Position numbers and translations under genes: made by a program | In this document: positions 38,900 to 53,760 of the stretch, in pieces | Numbering within the stretch: position 1 is the first letter of the stretch | How the letters are laid out: each line of letters starts with the position of its first letter | Notes under the pieces: model-generated | Database searches by the model: none | The model's input: the letters and a program-made list of their open reading frames with translations, nothing else | What the model was told of the DNA's origin: nothing | Assembly (NCBI GenBank): GCA_964016885.1 | Contig: OZ024743.1 | Span: 326,616,001-326,680,000 of the forward strand | Direction: 5' to 3' | Length of the DNA stretch: 64,000 bases | Origin: Eledone cirrhosa | Taxonomy: Eukaryota

Positions 38900-39725
38900 T
38901 TCGTGTTTTCACTACACTGCAAAGGCTCTATGGGTCTTGGGTGGGTATGCCCTAGAAAATGGATTTTGAGAAATCTTTGGACGATATGTGGCAGGATGCG
39001 TGCTCCATCGACAGCATATGAAAATGTATGTCTGGTCTGTAAGACTAAGAGGGAGTTAGAGCGAGGGGACGAAATATGTCAGTCGATAGATTGGTAACAC
39101 AAAACACGTCTCTTGTGAATACGAAGATCACATCCAGAGACATTCGAACAGATGTTCACTGTTGACTCGTTGTCATCTTTTAAACAACAGCATAGAGAAC
39201 GGATGTATGGGGAGGGGGAGATAGAAACAAGAGAGAAATTAAATTTGTTTGGAACAGTAAAATAAAACAAAGAAATAATATGAACTGAATGCAAGAGGCT
39301 GGAAGTTCCATTTCCTTTGACTGCCGGAGATTTCACTATTCTCTGAAGCTCCAATGATTTCCTGAACAACCTGAACCAAGAAAGGAATGCTGTGATGAGG
39401 AGGAATGTTATCGGTTCTTTGACAGCTGTTTTACTCCTCAAAATCTGGAAGGATGCATCCCGCCAGAGAAAGGAGTCCCATGAGATGGAATAACTAATGC
39501 AGTGGGTGTCTTTGACTGTTCTCCGCAGGAAGACTTTCGCCATTTTATTCATGCAATGCAGTCGATATATACTGCCCAGTCAAGGATGTAGAGTTTGCCT
39601 TATCCCTTCCCCCTACCTATTTTTTCTCTTTTTTTCTCTCTTTTGAATCCGTTGTCATTTGAATCCGTTTTTTAAACTTTCATAATTATATATTTTCATT
39701 TGGAAATCGTCAATCGAATAAATAT
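38900..39725 (+). pseudogene. Possible old L1/Tx1 ORF2 3' remnant
   Basis: KGSMGL resembles KGGLG and LLLKIWK resembles the C-terminal W motif; a T-rich UTR with AATAAA follows. Heavily decayed. Confidence 0.3.
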
Positions 39726-39789
39726 TTGTTTTTGTTTTGTTTTGTTTTTTAGAAAAGACAGGAACAGAATAAGATGACAAATTAGGCAA

Positions 39790-41700
39790 AACACACGCAT
39801 TTATATGTAAAATCAGCCAACCAGTATCGGTCTTCGCTTGACCCTGTATTGTGGTTCCATGAAAGAGACGAGTTGTGGAAAAATGTACATGGCACTTGCT
39901 TGCCGTCTAGATCGCTACAGATGTGGCGACCACAGCACATACATTCCTGCACATCATCGGCTCTGGAATACTGAACCTTCCATGCAAAGAGAGTTGGCAA
40001 GAGATGGAAGGCCTGGTAAGTGTTGTGTATTCCTTCCACAAAAAGTGAAGGTGCAGATATTTCGTTTTAATAATCTAAACTTGGAGCAAAGCATAACGGT
40101 GACAGTGTATGATTTCACCAAAGTAATCAAAAGGCAAATTTTATAGATAACAAAAGCATCAACAACAGCAACTCCATCCTTTGCAATCGTTGTAAACCAA
40201 AAAGAGATAGTAGACAAGGATTAAGTCCAGATAAAAGGAAAAGAATGCCTACTTGTCCAGGGAAGTTTCACAAGAAAAGGCAAGCAGGAAAATGACGTAC
40301 CTTTATTTTTTAAAAAGTGATTCCATTACGATTGGAAAAGAAATTTAAGGGAACTCTAGCCGGGGTATGACAGCATATATGGTCCCTCGACAGGAGCAAA
40401 ACATATAGAAGTGTATGTCTGTTATTTAAGACTGAGGATTAGACAAGACAGGTGGAGCTCGTGTCTAGTTACAGGATGGTGCTACAATACATGGACAGGA
40501 GAAACACAAACGTCAGAGACATCGGTGTTGATGCAGGTCTTTAACTCGTGTAATCAAGAAAACTACAAATTATATCCCATAGTTAGAGTAGAGTGGAGTG
40601 GAGATCAATTGAAGTTGTGGTTCAGGGAATATTTCAATTGCTATATGTGTGGGAGCCCTAACCATACCAGGACCTATTGCCCAAATAGGGAAGATTGAAA
40701 ATAAAAAATCGTGGCTGTAAAAATCATCTGACGATCATTGCTGATGTTGCTTTCTTTGCTAACACAGCACCACTGATGTCAAATCGAAAGCTAACGAAAT
40801 CGTCTCCTACTCAGTGTCATTATTAACATGGCGGTGGATTGGCAGTATTGGTAGATGGTCGGACGCACTGTTTTGACGTATAGAGTTACGGCTCTTGCCA
40901 TTCTGAGTTCAAATCTCGCCAAGGTTTACTTTGCCTTTCATCCTTACGGGGTTGATAAAATAAAGTACCAGTAATGCACTGGGTAATTGCTGGCCTTGTG
41001 CCTAACGTAGAAACAATTATTAACAGGTGGATTGGCAGTATCGGTAGAGGGTCGGACGCCATACTTTGATGCATAGAGTTACGGGCCTTGCCATTCTGAG
41101 TTCAAATCCCGCCGAGGTTAACTTTGCCTTTCATCCTTACGGGGTCGATAAAATAAAGTACCAGTAATGCACTGGGTAATTGCTGGCCTTGTGCCAAAAG
41201 TAGAAACAATTATTAACAGAGTCTGACGGGGTAAAGAAATAAGAAAAACAGTCTCTACCTCCACCATAGAGCCGGTCAGCGACCTCGAACAGCGTTTCTA
41301 CTCTTGTGGCGATGGGAAAGAGATGAAGACTGAAGAAAGGTGAGTAAAATATTGAAGACAACAGCAACATAGAAAAGAAGCAAACAAATAAAAAGAACCC
41401 GGACTTAAGGCACGTATGATGCTAGAAGAATCTAAGCTTTACGGTTGTTCAAAATGAAACTGGAACCTAATGAATCTGCTGCGGAAACTAAGAGGCAAGA
41501 GATATACGTTACTATCAAGAAGATAGGGAACGAGCACACCCAAGACAAAACTATACTAAAAGCCTATCAACAGCTAAAGGAGCACCACCCTAAGGATGTA
41601 AGGGACGGGGTTCACACTCAGGCTAAACTTGAAGATGCTTATGGACAATCCTCGAGGTCTCGGTTTGCAGAAGGTGATTGGGAAGGGAAATAATTGAGGT
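39790..41700 (+). pseudogene. Decayed Tx1-like ORF1 interrupted by SINEs
   Basis: CYMCGSPNHTRTYC knuckle at about 40640-40680. KAYQQLKEHHPKDV resembles the ORF1 tails YQKLKKDFKEDV and YVTLKKNHPLHV. Confidence 0.5.
40829..41215 (+). mobile_element. Tandem SINE family A dimer
   Basis: ATTATTAACA at 40819, 41016 and 41209 bounds both units. Confidence 0.88.
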
Positions 41701-42311
41701 GGCCTGATCCTACCTAAGGGTTGACTTCTCGCCTGTTTCTTGGGGCACCTTTAGTTGTTTATGTACTAAATTTTTAACCTGAATTAACATATTGCGTATT
41801 ATCAATCGCACTCCGATTATGTGTGTGCATCTGTGTGTGTGCGCATATGTGCGTGTATGTGCATATATGTAATATCCCAAAAGGGGGCAGCATGGACGAA
41901 CGTGTAAGAAGTACACGTGGTAACCCTTAGATTCCGGGTCCAATCCCACTTCATAACATCTTGGGTATTTACCATAACGTCGTGTCGACCCATGCCTTGT
42001 GAGAGAAATTGGGTAGACAGAAACTGTTTGGAAGCCCGTCAGATAGATTGTACCTGTAATTCAAAGGATCAGCCTTGTCACACTGTGTGTCACGCTGAAT
42101 TTTCCCAAGCAATTTATTAAGGGTACACATGCCTATGGAATGCTCAATCACTTACACGTTAATTCCACGAGCAGGCAGTTCTGTTGATCGAACAACTGGA
42201 TCAGTGAACGCCATTCCAGTCCTTCTGTAATATCCCAACACATTAACTATTTCTATGACACTCTCTATCGTATGTATGGGCCCTTGTGGCAATGAAGAAA
42301 TCATTATTATT

Positions 42312-42528
42312 AGGGCGGTGTATTATCAGTATCGGTAGAGCGTCGGACAACATTCTTTGTAGCATAGAGTTACGGTCCTTTACTTTCTGAGTTCAAATTC
42401 CGCCAAGGTTAGCTTTGCCTTTCATCTTTACGGGGTCGACACAATAAAGTACCAGTCACGCACTGGAGTCTATTTAATCAATCTGTGCCCTCCCCACCCT
42501 CCGAAAATTGTTGGCCTTGTGCCATTAT
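42312..42528 (+). mobile_element. SINE family A followed by (TATG)n
   Basis: Match to the family consensus. Confidence 0.8.
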
Positions 42529-43494
42529 TATGTATGTATGTATGTATGTATGTATGTATGTATGTATGTATGTATGTATGTATGTATGTATGTATGTATG
42601 TATGTATGTATGTATGTATGTATGTATATGTGTGTTTCTCTTTGTGCTTGTGTGTTTTTGTGGGCGCGTATGTGTGTATGTGTGTTCGGGTGTGTGTTAG
42701 TGTATGTGTGTGTGTGTGCGTGTGTGGATATGTATTTATGTATGTGTGAAAGTGTCGGTGTAACAACATGCGCATATATTTGTTTGCATATATATAGATA
42801 TGTATACAAACATGTGTATGTGTGTGGGTAGATGTATGTATGTGTCTGTGTGGGTGACAGTATTAACCTGTGTGTGTCGAGCTATCTGAATCTGTGTATC
42901 AGCGTGAGTAATGTAATTCTATATATTTGCATATCATAAACGCCTTCAAACTCTGTGTATGCTGGCTTGCGTGAGTGCTGCAAGTAGTATGTGTGTATGT
43001 GTGTGTGTGGGGGGGGGGGGTTATGTATGTGTGTACGTTTATATGACTGCGTTCACCAATCATCAATGAAAATCACGACCATTTGTACACTAACACATAT
43101 TTTCTAATTATTTATTCATTTTTTCCCCTCGTCCCACCCACTCACCCTACCCATGCTATATACAATAGATACACAACCAGCATGCGGTGGGGGCGTGGCC
43201 TAACGCCCTTCTCTAACGAACAACAAATTCAGCAAACATTTTAATTGGACCATCAGTAAACCAACTACTTAAACACATGATAGCTATCGATTTTACCATA
43301 TTCCGGCTTTCCGCTTCCCTCCCTACCCTCCCCTATTATTACTACTATCACGATCATGTCATTTCATACCCACCCCAGCCCCACCCCACCTAATGCTAAA
43401 CAGCTACAAGCCATGTATGAACAATGTGACAATGTCCACTGCGTACAGTTAGCCACGCCAAAATCTTTCTCCCTCTACACTCTCATGTTATTTT

Positions 43495-43541
43495 CATATA
43501 TATATAATACGTATATATATATATATATATGTATATATATG

Positions 43542-43581
<40 letters not shown>

Positions 43582-43867
43582 AAATATATATATATATATA
43601 TAAAATATATATATATATATAAAATATATATATATATATAAAATATATATATATATATAAAATATATATATATATATAAAATATACATATATATATAAAA
43701 TATATATATATATATAAAATATATATATATAAAATATATATATATATAAAATATATATATATATATATATATAAAATATATATATATATATAAAATATAT
43801 ATATATATATATAAAATATATATATATATATATATATAAAATATATATATATATATATATATAAAAT

Positions 43868-43898
<31 letters not shown>

Positions 43899-44118
43899 AA
43901 ATATATATATATAAAATATATATATATATATAAAATATATATATATAAAATATATATATATATATAAAATATATATATATAAAATATATATATATATATA
44001 AAATATATATATATAATATATATATATATATAAAATATATATATATATATAACATATATATATATATAAAATATATATATATATATATATAAAATATATA
44101 TATATATATATATATAAA

Positions 44119-44149
<31 letters not shown>

Positions 44150-44207
44150 ATATAATATATATATATCGAATATATATATATTGAATTGCATCAATGTTTA
44201 CCTTGAG

Positions 44208-44239
<32 letters not shown>

Positions 44240-44245
44240 CATATA
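43495..44245. repeat. (TA)n array with periodic AAAA interruptions
   Basis: Direct reading. Confidence 0.95.
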
Positions 44246-44460
44246 GTATGTATGAATATATATATGTATAGCACTTATATTAGGATATATATACGTATAT
44301 ACATAGATAGATAGATATATATATATGTATGTATGTGTGTTTACATATGTGTGTGTGAGAGAGGGAGGGGAGTGTGGGGGCGAAAGAGAGAGAGTGAGGG
44401 AGAGATCAAATGAGAAGAGAGGGGGAAAACGCCTTGTCTAACTCCTCTGCAAAACATGCC

Positions 44461-44510
<50 letters not shown>

Positions 44511-45024
44511 CACACATGCGTACGCACACACTGAAACACCGAATCACATAAAATAAGAAAGGCGTGGTTAGAGGCTTGCAAGTGCGCTGGCGCGTGCATG
44601 CGTGTCTGTGTTTGTGTGCATGTATACATGTATGTGTGTGCGTGTGTATTTATGAGTGTGTGTGTGCAGCTAATCGTGCGTTCGTGTGAGTGCGCTATGT
44701 GTACGCGTATGGATGTGTGCGTGGATGCATGCGTGCAGACGTGTGTGGGCTTACGCTTGTGTGTTCGCACGTGAATGTGTGCTTGCGCGCGTGTGTGTAC
44801 TCGGGCATATGTGTATGCTTCTATATGTGTCTGTGTGTGTGTGCACGTGTATATATATATATGTCTGTGTTTGAGTGCGTGCATGTATGTGTGTAAGAGT
44901 GTGTGCGTGTGGTGTGTTTGTGTGGAGTTAGCTTTATCGTTGGCGTGTTTTGAAGAGGAGTCAGGCAAGGCGTTTTTCCCCTCCCAATTTCTTTCTATCT
45001 CTCCTTTCTCTCTCTCTCTCTCTC

Positions 45025-45077
<53 letters not shown>

Positions 45078-45198
45078 GCATCTCTCTCTCATTTTCCCTC
45101 TGTCGCTCTCGCTCGATTTCTCTATCTGTCTCTTTCTCTCTTTCTCATAGCTCTCTCCTATATACATATACACATATATATATACATATACATATGTG

Positions 45199-45250
<52 letters not shown>

Positions 45251-45301
45251 TATAAATATATATATGTGTGTGTATGTATTAATATATATATACAAATATA
45301 A

Positions 45302-45340
<39 letters not shown>

Positions 45341-45554
45341 TATAAATATATATATGTGTATATATATATATATATACAAATATAAATTTATATATATATA
45401 GATAGATATATATTTATATGCATACACGTGTATGTATATGTGGTTGTGCGCGTGTGTTTGTATATGACAAAAGAAGGTGTGATATCGAAGTTTATTGATA
45501 ATGCAAGGGTGGGGGGGGGGTACTTCTATTGAGTAGTAGAAACTGTTTGTGAAG

Positions 45555-45591
45555 TATATAAATACAAGGAAATCTCTACAGAACATTCAGT
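45555..45591 (+). promoter_or_regulatory. Pol II core promoter (TATA box plus initiator)
   Basis: TATAAATA at 45557-45564 and TCAGT at 45587-45591, with the A 32 nt downstream of the TATA start, in non-repetitive sequence. Confidence 0.55.
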
Positions 45592-45675
45592 AGTGAAATA
45601 CCAAAGTTTCTTCTCTCCCGGATTCTCTTGGACGTCTCAGATAATTTTTTTTCACAGAATAACCCAAGAACAATG
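45589..45675 (+). other. Putative first exon of a host gene (5' UTR plus ATG only)
   Basis: No upstream ATG in the leader. AACAATG is followed directly by the perfect donor GTAAGT at 45676-45681. Confidence 0.55.
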
Positions 45676-45826
45676 GTAAGTAAACCACCAACTGTCATCT
45701 CTGCCGACATCTTCCTTTACTTCACTTTTACTTTCACTTTTATAATCATATCTTTGTCATTCGTTTCCTCTCTTTATTTCTTTTACTTTTTTGTAGTCCA
45801 TTTTCTTTTAACTCTCTCTCTATCTA

Positions 45827-45871
<45 letters not shown>

Positions 45872-45923
45872 TCTACACTATCAATCTATGAATTTATCAA
45901 ACCATCTATTTATGTATATACAC

Positions 45924-45990
<67 letters not shown>

Positions 45991-46157
45991 TATACAAGTG
46001 TAAGTGTAATGTTCAAACATGTAAGCGGAGTATGAGTTAGATTTTTCAATGAAAGAGATGGCAGTAACTTCGAAATTTCGGAGATGGTGCCTCTTATGGC
46101 GGTACCGTATTTCAAACCTTCAGAAGGTATACACATACATACACTCATATATATATA

Positions 46158-46249
46158 TAGGAAAATGTTTAACCCCGATGGCAGAGCTCAAGCCGTTTCG
46201 AACGGCTTGAGCTCTGCCGCCGGGTTTAAACATTTTCCTATTACCCACT

Positions 46250-46250
<1 letters not shown>
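46158..46250. repeat. Palindromic dispersed repeat
   Basis: TAGGAAAATGTTTAA...GAGCTCAAGCCGTTTCGAACGGCTTGAGCTC...TTAAACATTTTCCTA; related copy at about 52720-52815. Confidence 0.8.
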
Positions 46251-48235
<1,985 letters not shown>

Positions 48236-48365
48236 GCATGTAATTGTGTAAAGAAATTTTAGTAATGTATATGTGAATATCTGGATATATATAGATCTAG
48301 GTGTGTGTATATGTATTTATGTTACATAGATAGGCATATATGTGTATACGTTATACTCATATATG

Positions 48366-48399
<34 letters not shown>

Positions 48400-48506
48400 C
48401 GTAATAACATGCATCCATACAGAGAAAGTGAGACAGGATCATGTGTGTTTTAGATGCAGGTTTTGCATTTTACCCAGAACATACAAACATAACTGCATTT
48501 ATTCTT

Positions 48507-48570
48507 GACATGGCCTAGGCCAATACTGGCCGAAACCTATCAAAGTTAGCAAAATTATCAAAGTTATTTA
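48507..48570 (+). mobile_element. Extreme 3' end of the CR1-type family
   Basis: GACATGGCCTAGGCCAATACTGGCCGAAAC..TCAAAGTTA matches 28485-28536. Confidence 0.7.
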
Positions 48571-48639
48571 TTTAATACATACATACATGGTGGCTGCCAA
48601 CTCGTTTTCGAGTACGGCCACTACTTTATATCCATGCAG

Positions 48640-49182
48640 AAGAACCCCTACCGATGCGCTGAACGAGTGTGACTTTTTAGTCCAGCCAGCGACTTGAAAC
48701 CTCTGGTACAAACACTACACCTGTGACAATTATTGACAAATAGTGCTGGGCCCATGGTACCATGTGACGACAAGTGCAGAGAGATCTCCAGATATAAAGC
48801 AATGCTTGTGCCGTGAAGCTTTTATAGTGAGCAAAGGCACTGCACAAAGCCAGTCCCACTCTCTTAACCAAGATGATATTTACCAAAAAGAAGAACAAGT
48901 CAACATCATTGGATACCATCAGGGTTGCAGGTGTTATATCAGAGTTTTCCTTCTCCTAGAATTCTGCCTTGACAAAGGCTAAGGGGTCATCTCTCCCGGT
49001 GATTTTGGATGGCCATTGACTCTTAAGAGCTCCTTTGCCCTTTGACAGGTTTTGTTTTTAGTCCTGCAGGATGTCCAAAGTCACCCTCCTCACCAAGAAA
49101 CCTTGGTGGGGTTGCCAGTTTAGTCGCCAACGACCCGACCATGAGACAGGTTGTACTGGGATACATGTTACCAGTAGCACCA
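48640..49182 (-). mobile_element. Possible RTE-type LINE 5' UTR remnant
   Basis: The motif CAAGGCA....CTAGGAGAAGGAAAACTCTGA recalls RTE 5' regions from memory; no coding support. Confidence 0.35.
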
Positions 49183-49557
49183 TACATACATACATACATA
49201 CATACATGCATGTATACATATACGCATACATATGTGTACCAATAACCATTGGGGCACTTGGATACTTTACTAACTTCTTCAGCAGCAATCTTGAGAAACT
49301 GGTCTTCAGAGAACCAGAAAATTATTAATACAGTTCATTGGTGGAACTTTGGAAATATGTAAAACATTCTATAAGTTTAGCATGATATAACTGTATATAT
49401 ACACACGTATAGATATAGAAACATACGTATAAGTGCACCTATAACTCAAAACATACAGATTCACACATGCAATGACATCCATACCTCCATACATACACAC
49501 GCGCATACATACATGCATACATACATACATACATACATACATACATACATACATACA

Positions 49558-49589
<32 letters not shown>

Positions 49590-49593
49590 GATA

Positions 49594-49640
<47 letters not shown>

Positions 49641-52322
49641 CTAGTTAGATATTAAACAGCTCTCAGCAATTGTTTAGTCATCTATGGCTTATTCACATGT
49701 ATTATTTCATGGCCCTTATCATTCTGAGTTCAAATCCCGCCGAGGTTAACTTTGCCTTTCATCCTTACGGGGTCGATAAAATAAAGTACCAGTAATGTAC
49801 TGGTTAATTGCTGGCCTTGTGCCAAAAGTAGAAACAATTATTTCATAACTCTATAGAACTATTAGAATGTTTGTGCAGTGTTCTGTGTCCAGCCAGGTTT
49901 GTACAACAGGTAAGAAAAATGACGATTCGGTGACGGTTTCTTCTGATAGGAGCCTCTTCCACGTCGGAAGATCGAAGTGTGTTTTCTTGTCTTCTTCAAT
50001 ACTTTCATAAACGGCTTCGGAGATTTAAAACTTATATTTCAATTGGTGCTTCCATTTCCACACGGTTCTATTGTCTTATTTACAAAAATATATATTTCTA
50101 TATATTTCTTTGTTTATTTCTCTTCTTTTAGTATAAGATAGCGAGTTGTCACCAGTGATGTTTGAAGTTCCTTGGAGTTGGTCAGAGTATCGCTTAAAGC
50201 TTTCTTTGTAGCGCCTATCCTTTAATTTATCTTTTTCAAAACAAATAGAAATTGCAGCAAATCTTTGTACGTGTTGTTCCTTACGCGTCATGTCTATACC
50301 TTTATTACTACGTATAATTTCCACCATAAAGTAAACATATTTATTTATTTAATCAATTTAAACGTCCTTATAGGGCTGGTAAGCATGATAGACGAGGAGA
50401 TTTATTTAATATCCTTTATGACAAGAGTCAGAAACAAAAAGGAGGCAAAGGAAGCAAATATAAGTAAAAGTATGGTAGATCGAGATTTTAAAAATATTTT
50501 TTTCTTCTAAATACAATTTCTTTAATAATGATAACAATGTAAGTTACGACGTAATTCACAATATATTCAGGATTAAATATTAAAAGAAATTTGTATTAAA
50601 AAAAAACGATAATTATGCTAGCTTGTATATAATTACTGTATCCTCCAAGTGGAACAATTTTATTATTTACACATATTAATATAGACTTAAGGTAAATGTT
50701 TGTCACCTTACCGTGTTCACATTTAAACAGTTATATATGTTAAAGAACAGTTATATATTTTCTTCTTTAACATATATAACAGTTATACATTTAAACAGTT
50801 ATATATGTTAAAGAAGAAAAACTATTTAATTTTGTTTTCTCTTCTTTATTTCAATATCATTAAACCTTTCGTGGTCATATTTCTTATGAAATACACTATA
50901 TTTCAATTGTTTAATGAAGAGTTTTGAAGGATTTAGTAAAATTATTAATTTTTTCATTACTAAGATAGTAATTTAACATATCGTACTTACATAAAATTAT
51001 TTTGCAAGATTTTTATTTAAATAGGCACCCTTTAAAATGAATGGTTTTGTTTCATAGTATCAATGCCGATTCTACCCGGGTTCATATAAAAATGACTAAA
51101 CAAGCCAATACAGTAAAAAAGAAAATACATAAGTTCAACATTTTATTGTAACGTATTTCAACAGATGCTCTTTATAACTGTTGTTATATAGATTAACTTT
51201 GGTGAATAGGCGACAAATCAGCAAAGTCGTTAGTGTCGGATTAAAAATGCCTCGGTATTTATTTCGGATCACTGAGCTCTAAGTTCAAATCCCGCCTAGG
51301 TTAACTGTTCTTTTCGGGGTCAATAAATTAAGTACCAGTTCAATATTGGGGGTTGATTTTTCCACAATTTTCTCTTCCTCAATTCTCTTTCACCTTTTCA
51401 CTCTACGTTTCTCAAGAAGAAATCGGCTGTGTTCCGCCCAGAGAGGGGAATGGACTCCATCAGATGTAAAATGTTAATCACACTGTGTGCCATGACGGCG
51501 TCCCTACAACACCATCTCTTTCTTTTCTTTCCTCTCTTTGATTCGTAAAACAAAAGAACATTATTTGGAGATGAATTGGCAGAGTCGTTAGAACGACGAA
51601 CAAATCCTTAGTAGTATTTGTTCCAGCTCTTTACGTTCTCAGTTCAATACTGCCATAGTCAACTTCGCCATTCATCCTTCCGAGGCCGGTAGAATAAAGT
51701 AACTGTTAAGCACAGGGATCGATAAAATCGATTCTCCTTTACCCCAAAAAGTTGCTGGCCTTGTGCTAAAATTAAAAACCATTATAGGCTCATATTTGGA
51801 CATTAGAGAGATCGATGTACGCAATACTTGATTACATAACAGTAGACAAATGCTTTCTCAAGTTTAAAATGTGACTTGAATCAGTTGTTTAATGAGTAGA
51901 ATTCAATAAAAGAACATTGCTTCTTATTAAGGGGGTTAGTACTTTTGTTATTTAATCATTGCAAAAATCAAAGTATTAAAAGATACATTGGAGAACTGGA
52001 AAAAATCAATCTAAGCAGAAGCATCTGTGCCTATTTTATGTCGTAGATAATAACGTGTGGTTAATTAATGGTTCTCCGTCGGTTTCGTGGTTAAGTGTTC
52101 CAGTCGTTCGATCAACAAAACACCATACTCATGAAATGAAATATTCAACATATATGACACACAAGATTAAATGTATGAGAAACTTTGGAGAAATAACTAT
52201 TTACAGGCTTAAGAATAGGGTTATTAGAAAGCGAACTTCTTTTTGTAGCAACATAACTGAAACAGAAAATAAATTATGTATTTGTGTGCGCTTGTGTATG
52301 CAAATTTTAAAAAGTTACAGAC

Positions 52323-52360
<38 letters not shown>

Positions 52361-52365
<5 letters not shown>

Positions 52366-52562
52366 TGTAATAAACAACATAAGATAATTATTTCATTTAT
52401 CAATGGTTTCTTGAAAGCAAACAATATTTGCTTTCAGTCATCACAATGAAAAAATCCTGGCATCAGGATTTTTTCATTCTGATGACTGAAAGCAAATTTT
52501 GTTTGCTTTCAAGAAACCATTGGTAAATGAAATAATTATCTTATGTTGTTTATTACATAACT
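52361..52562. repeat. Palindrome of about 200 bp with two head-to-head hammerheads
   Basis: Arms 52361-52459 and 52464-52562 with a loop of about 4 nt. Confidence 0.9.
52472..52532 (+). ncRNA. Type I hammerhead ribozyme
   Basis: TTTCATT CTGATGA cTGAAAGCAAA ttttg TTTGCTTTCAa GAAA CCATTGG TA AATGAAA: 7-bp stem I, 10-bp stem II, GUA triplet. Confidence 0.78.
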
Positions 52563-53351
52563 AATAAGCTCTGTAACCTACATAGAGCACTCTTTTTTCC
52601 TGGACCTTTCCGACGGAATTACTTCATTCACACACATATATATATATATATAACGAAGGAGTTGTGGTAAGGAACCAGATGGACCATAACGCACCAGAGT
52701 ACTCAATACTTAGGGTAGTAGAGTGGGTAATAGGAAAAAGTATGACCCCGACGGCAGAGCTCAAGCCGTTTCGACGGCTATTTCTGGACTCGAAATAGCC
52801 GTCGAAACGGCTTGGGCCAGCCTGTCACGCACTATAACACATTAAATCTCGTTGGGAATTACGTTAAAGGCACACGTGGCTGTGAACTGTTCAGCCACTT
52901 ACATGTTAATTTTATGTGCAGGCTGTGTTGTGATCTTGAGCAAGACACTTTCTTTTACACCGTTCCAGTCTACTCAGCTGGCAAAAATACGTTGTACCTC
53001 TGATCCAAAGGTTCCAGCCTTGTTACACTATATTACGCTGACACTCCTTGCAAATTACGTTATGGGAACACGTGTCTGTGGAATACTCAGCCACTTACGT
53101 GTTCATTTCATGGGCATGTTGTTCCATTGATCGAACAACTGGAATACTGATCGTCTTGCCCAAGATATCTTCCATAGTTTTCATTTAATGAACTATCAAG
53201 TCATCGATATGTTAACTGTTCGACAGTAACACCTTTAGAATAATTTTCTTAAATGCAATCAGACCTGTCAACTCTCCCTGGCCGACGGGGAGATCTCCCA
53301 CTCACTTTAGAGGTGTCTTCTTTTATGAAAATGGGTATAGCTTTCATTATG

Positions 53352-53538
53352 TGGTGGATTGACAGTATCGGTAGAGTGTCGGATGCCATGCTTTCCAGCA
53401 TAGTTACGTCCCTTTACGATCTGAGTTCAAATCCCACCGAGGTTGACTTTGCCTTTCATCCTTACGGGGTCGATAAAATAAAGTACCAGTAATGCACTGG
53501 GTAAATTGCTGGCCTTGTGCCAAAAGTAGAAACAATTA
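53352..53538 (+). mobile_element. SINE family A
   Basis: Near-identical to 10426-10614. Other plus-strand copies at about 36740, 49715, 51205, 51566 and 62945. Confidence 0.85.
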
Positions 53539-53656
53539 TGTAAAATCTCCCAATTTTGCCTCATTTCTCTCCTTTTGGGGCACTTTTTTTCATGGTCCTC
53601 CCCGCTGGGGTTTTTAGAGCTTGGCAGGTCTGGCAAATAAATCCAATTCAGATCTT

Positions 53657-53760
<104 letters not shown>

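Noticed and set aside
46060-46130. Hammerhead-like GAAA TTTCGAAG TT on the minus strand
   Set aside because: The core reads CTGAAGG and there is no stem I partner.
49105-49180. Possible HDV-like ribozyme at an RTE-like 5' end (CCAGT...GG TCG/CGA CTAA ACTGG on the minus strand)
   Set aside because: P2, P4 and J4/2 look plausible, but I could not form P1 and P3. A covariance search is needed.
49860-50500. Possible PLE reverse transcriptase remnant on the minus strand
   Set aside because: Only a vague resemblance (IIRSNKG) with no diagnostic motif.
52720-52815. GTTTCGACGGC...GCCGTCGAAAC as a hammerhead
   Set aside because: There is no CUGANGA box; it is kept only as a palindromic repeat.
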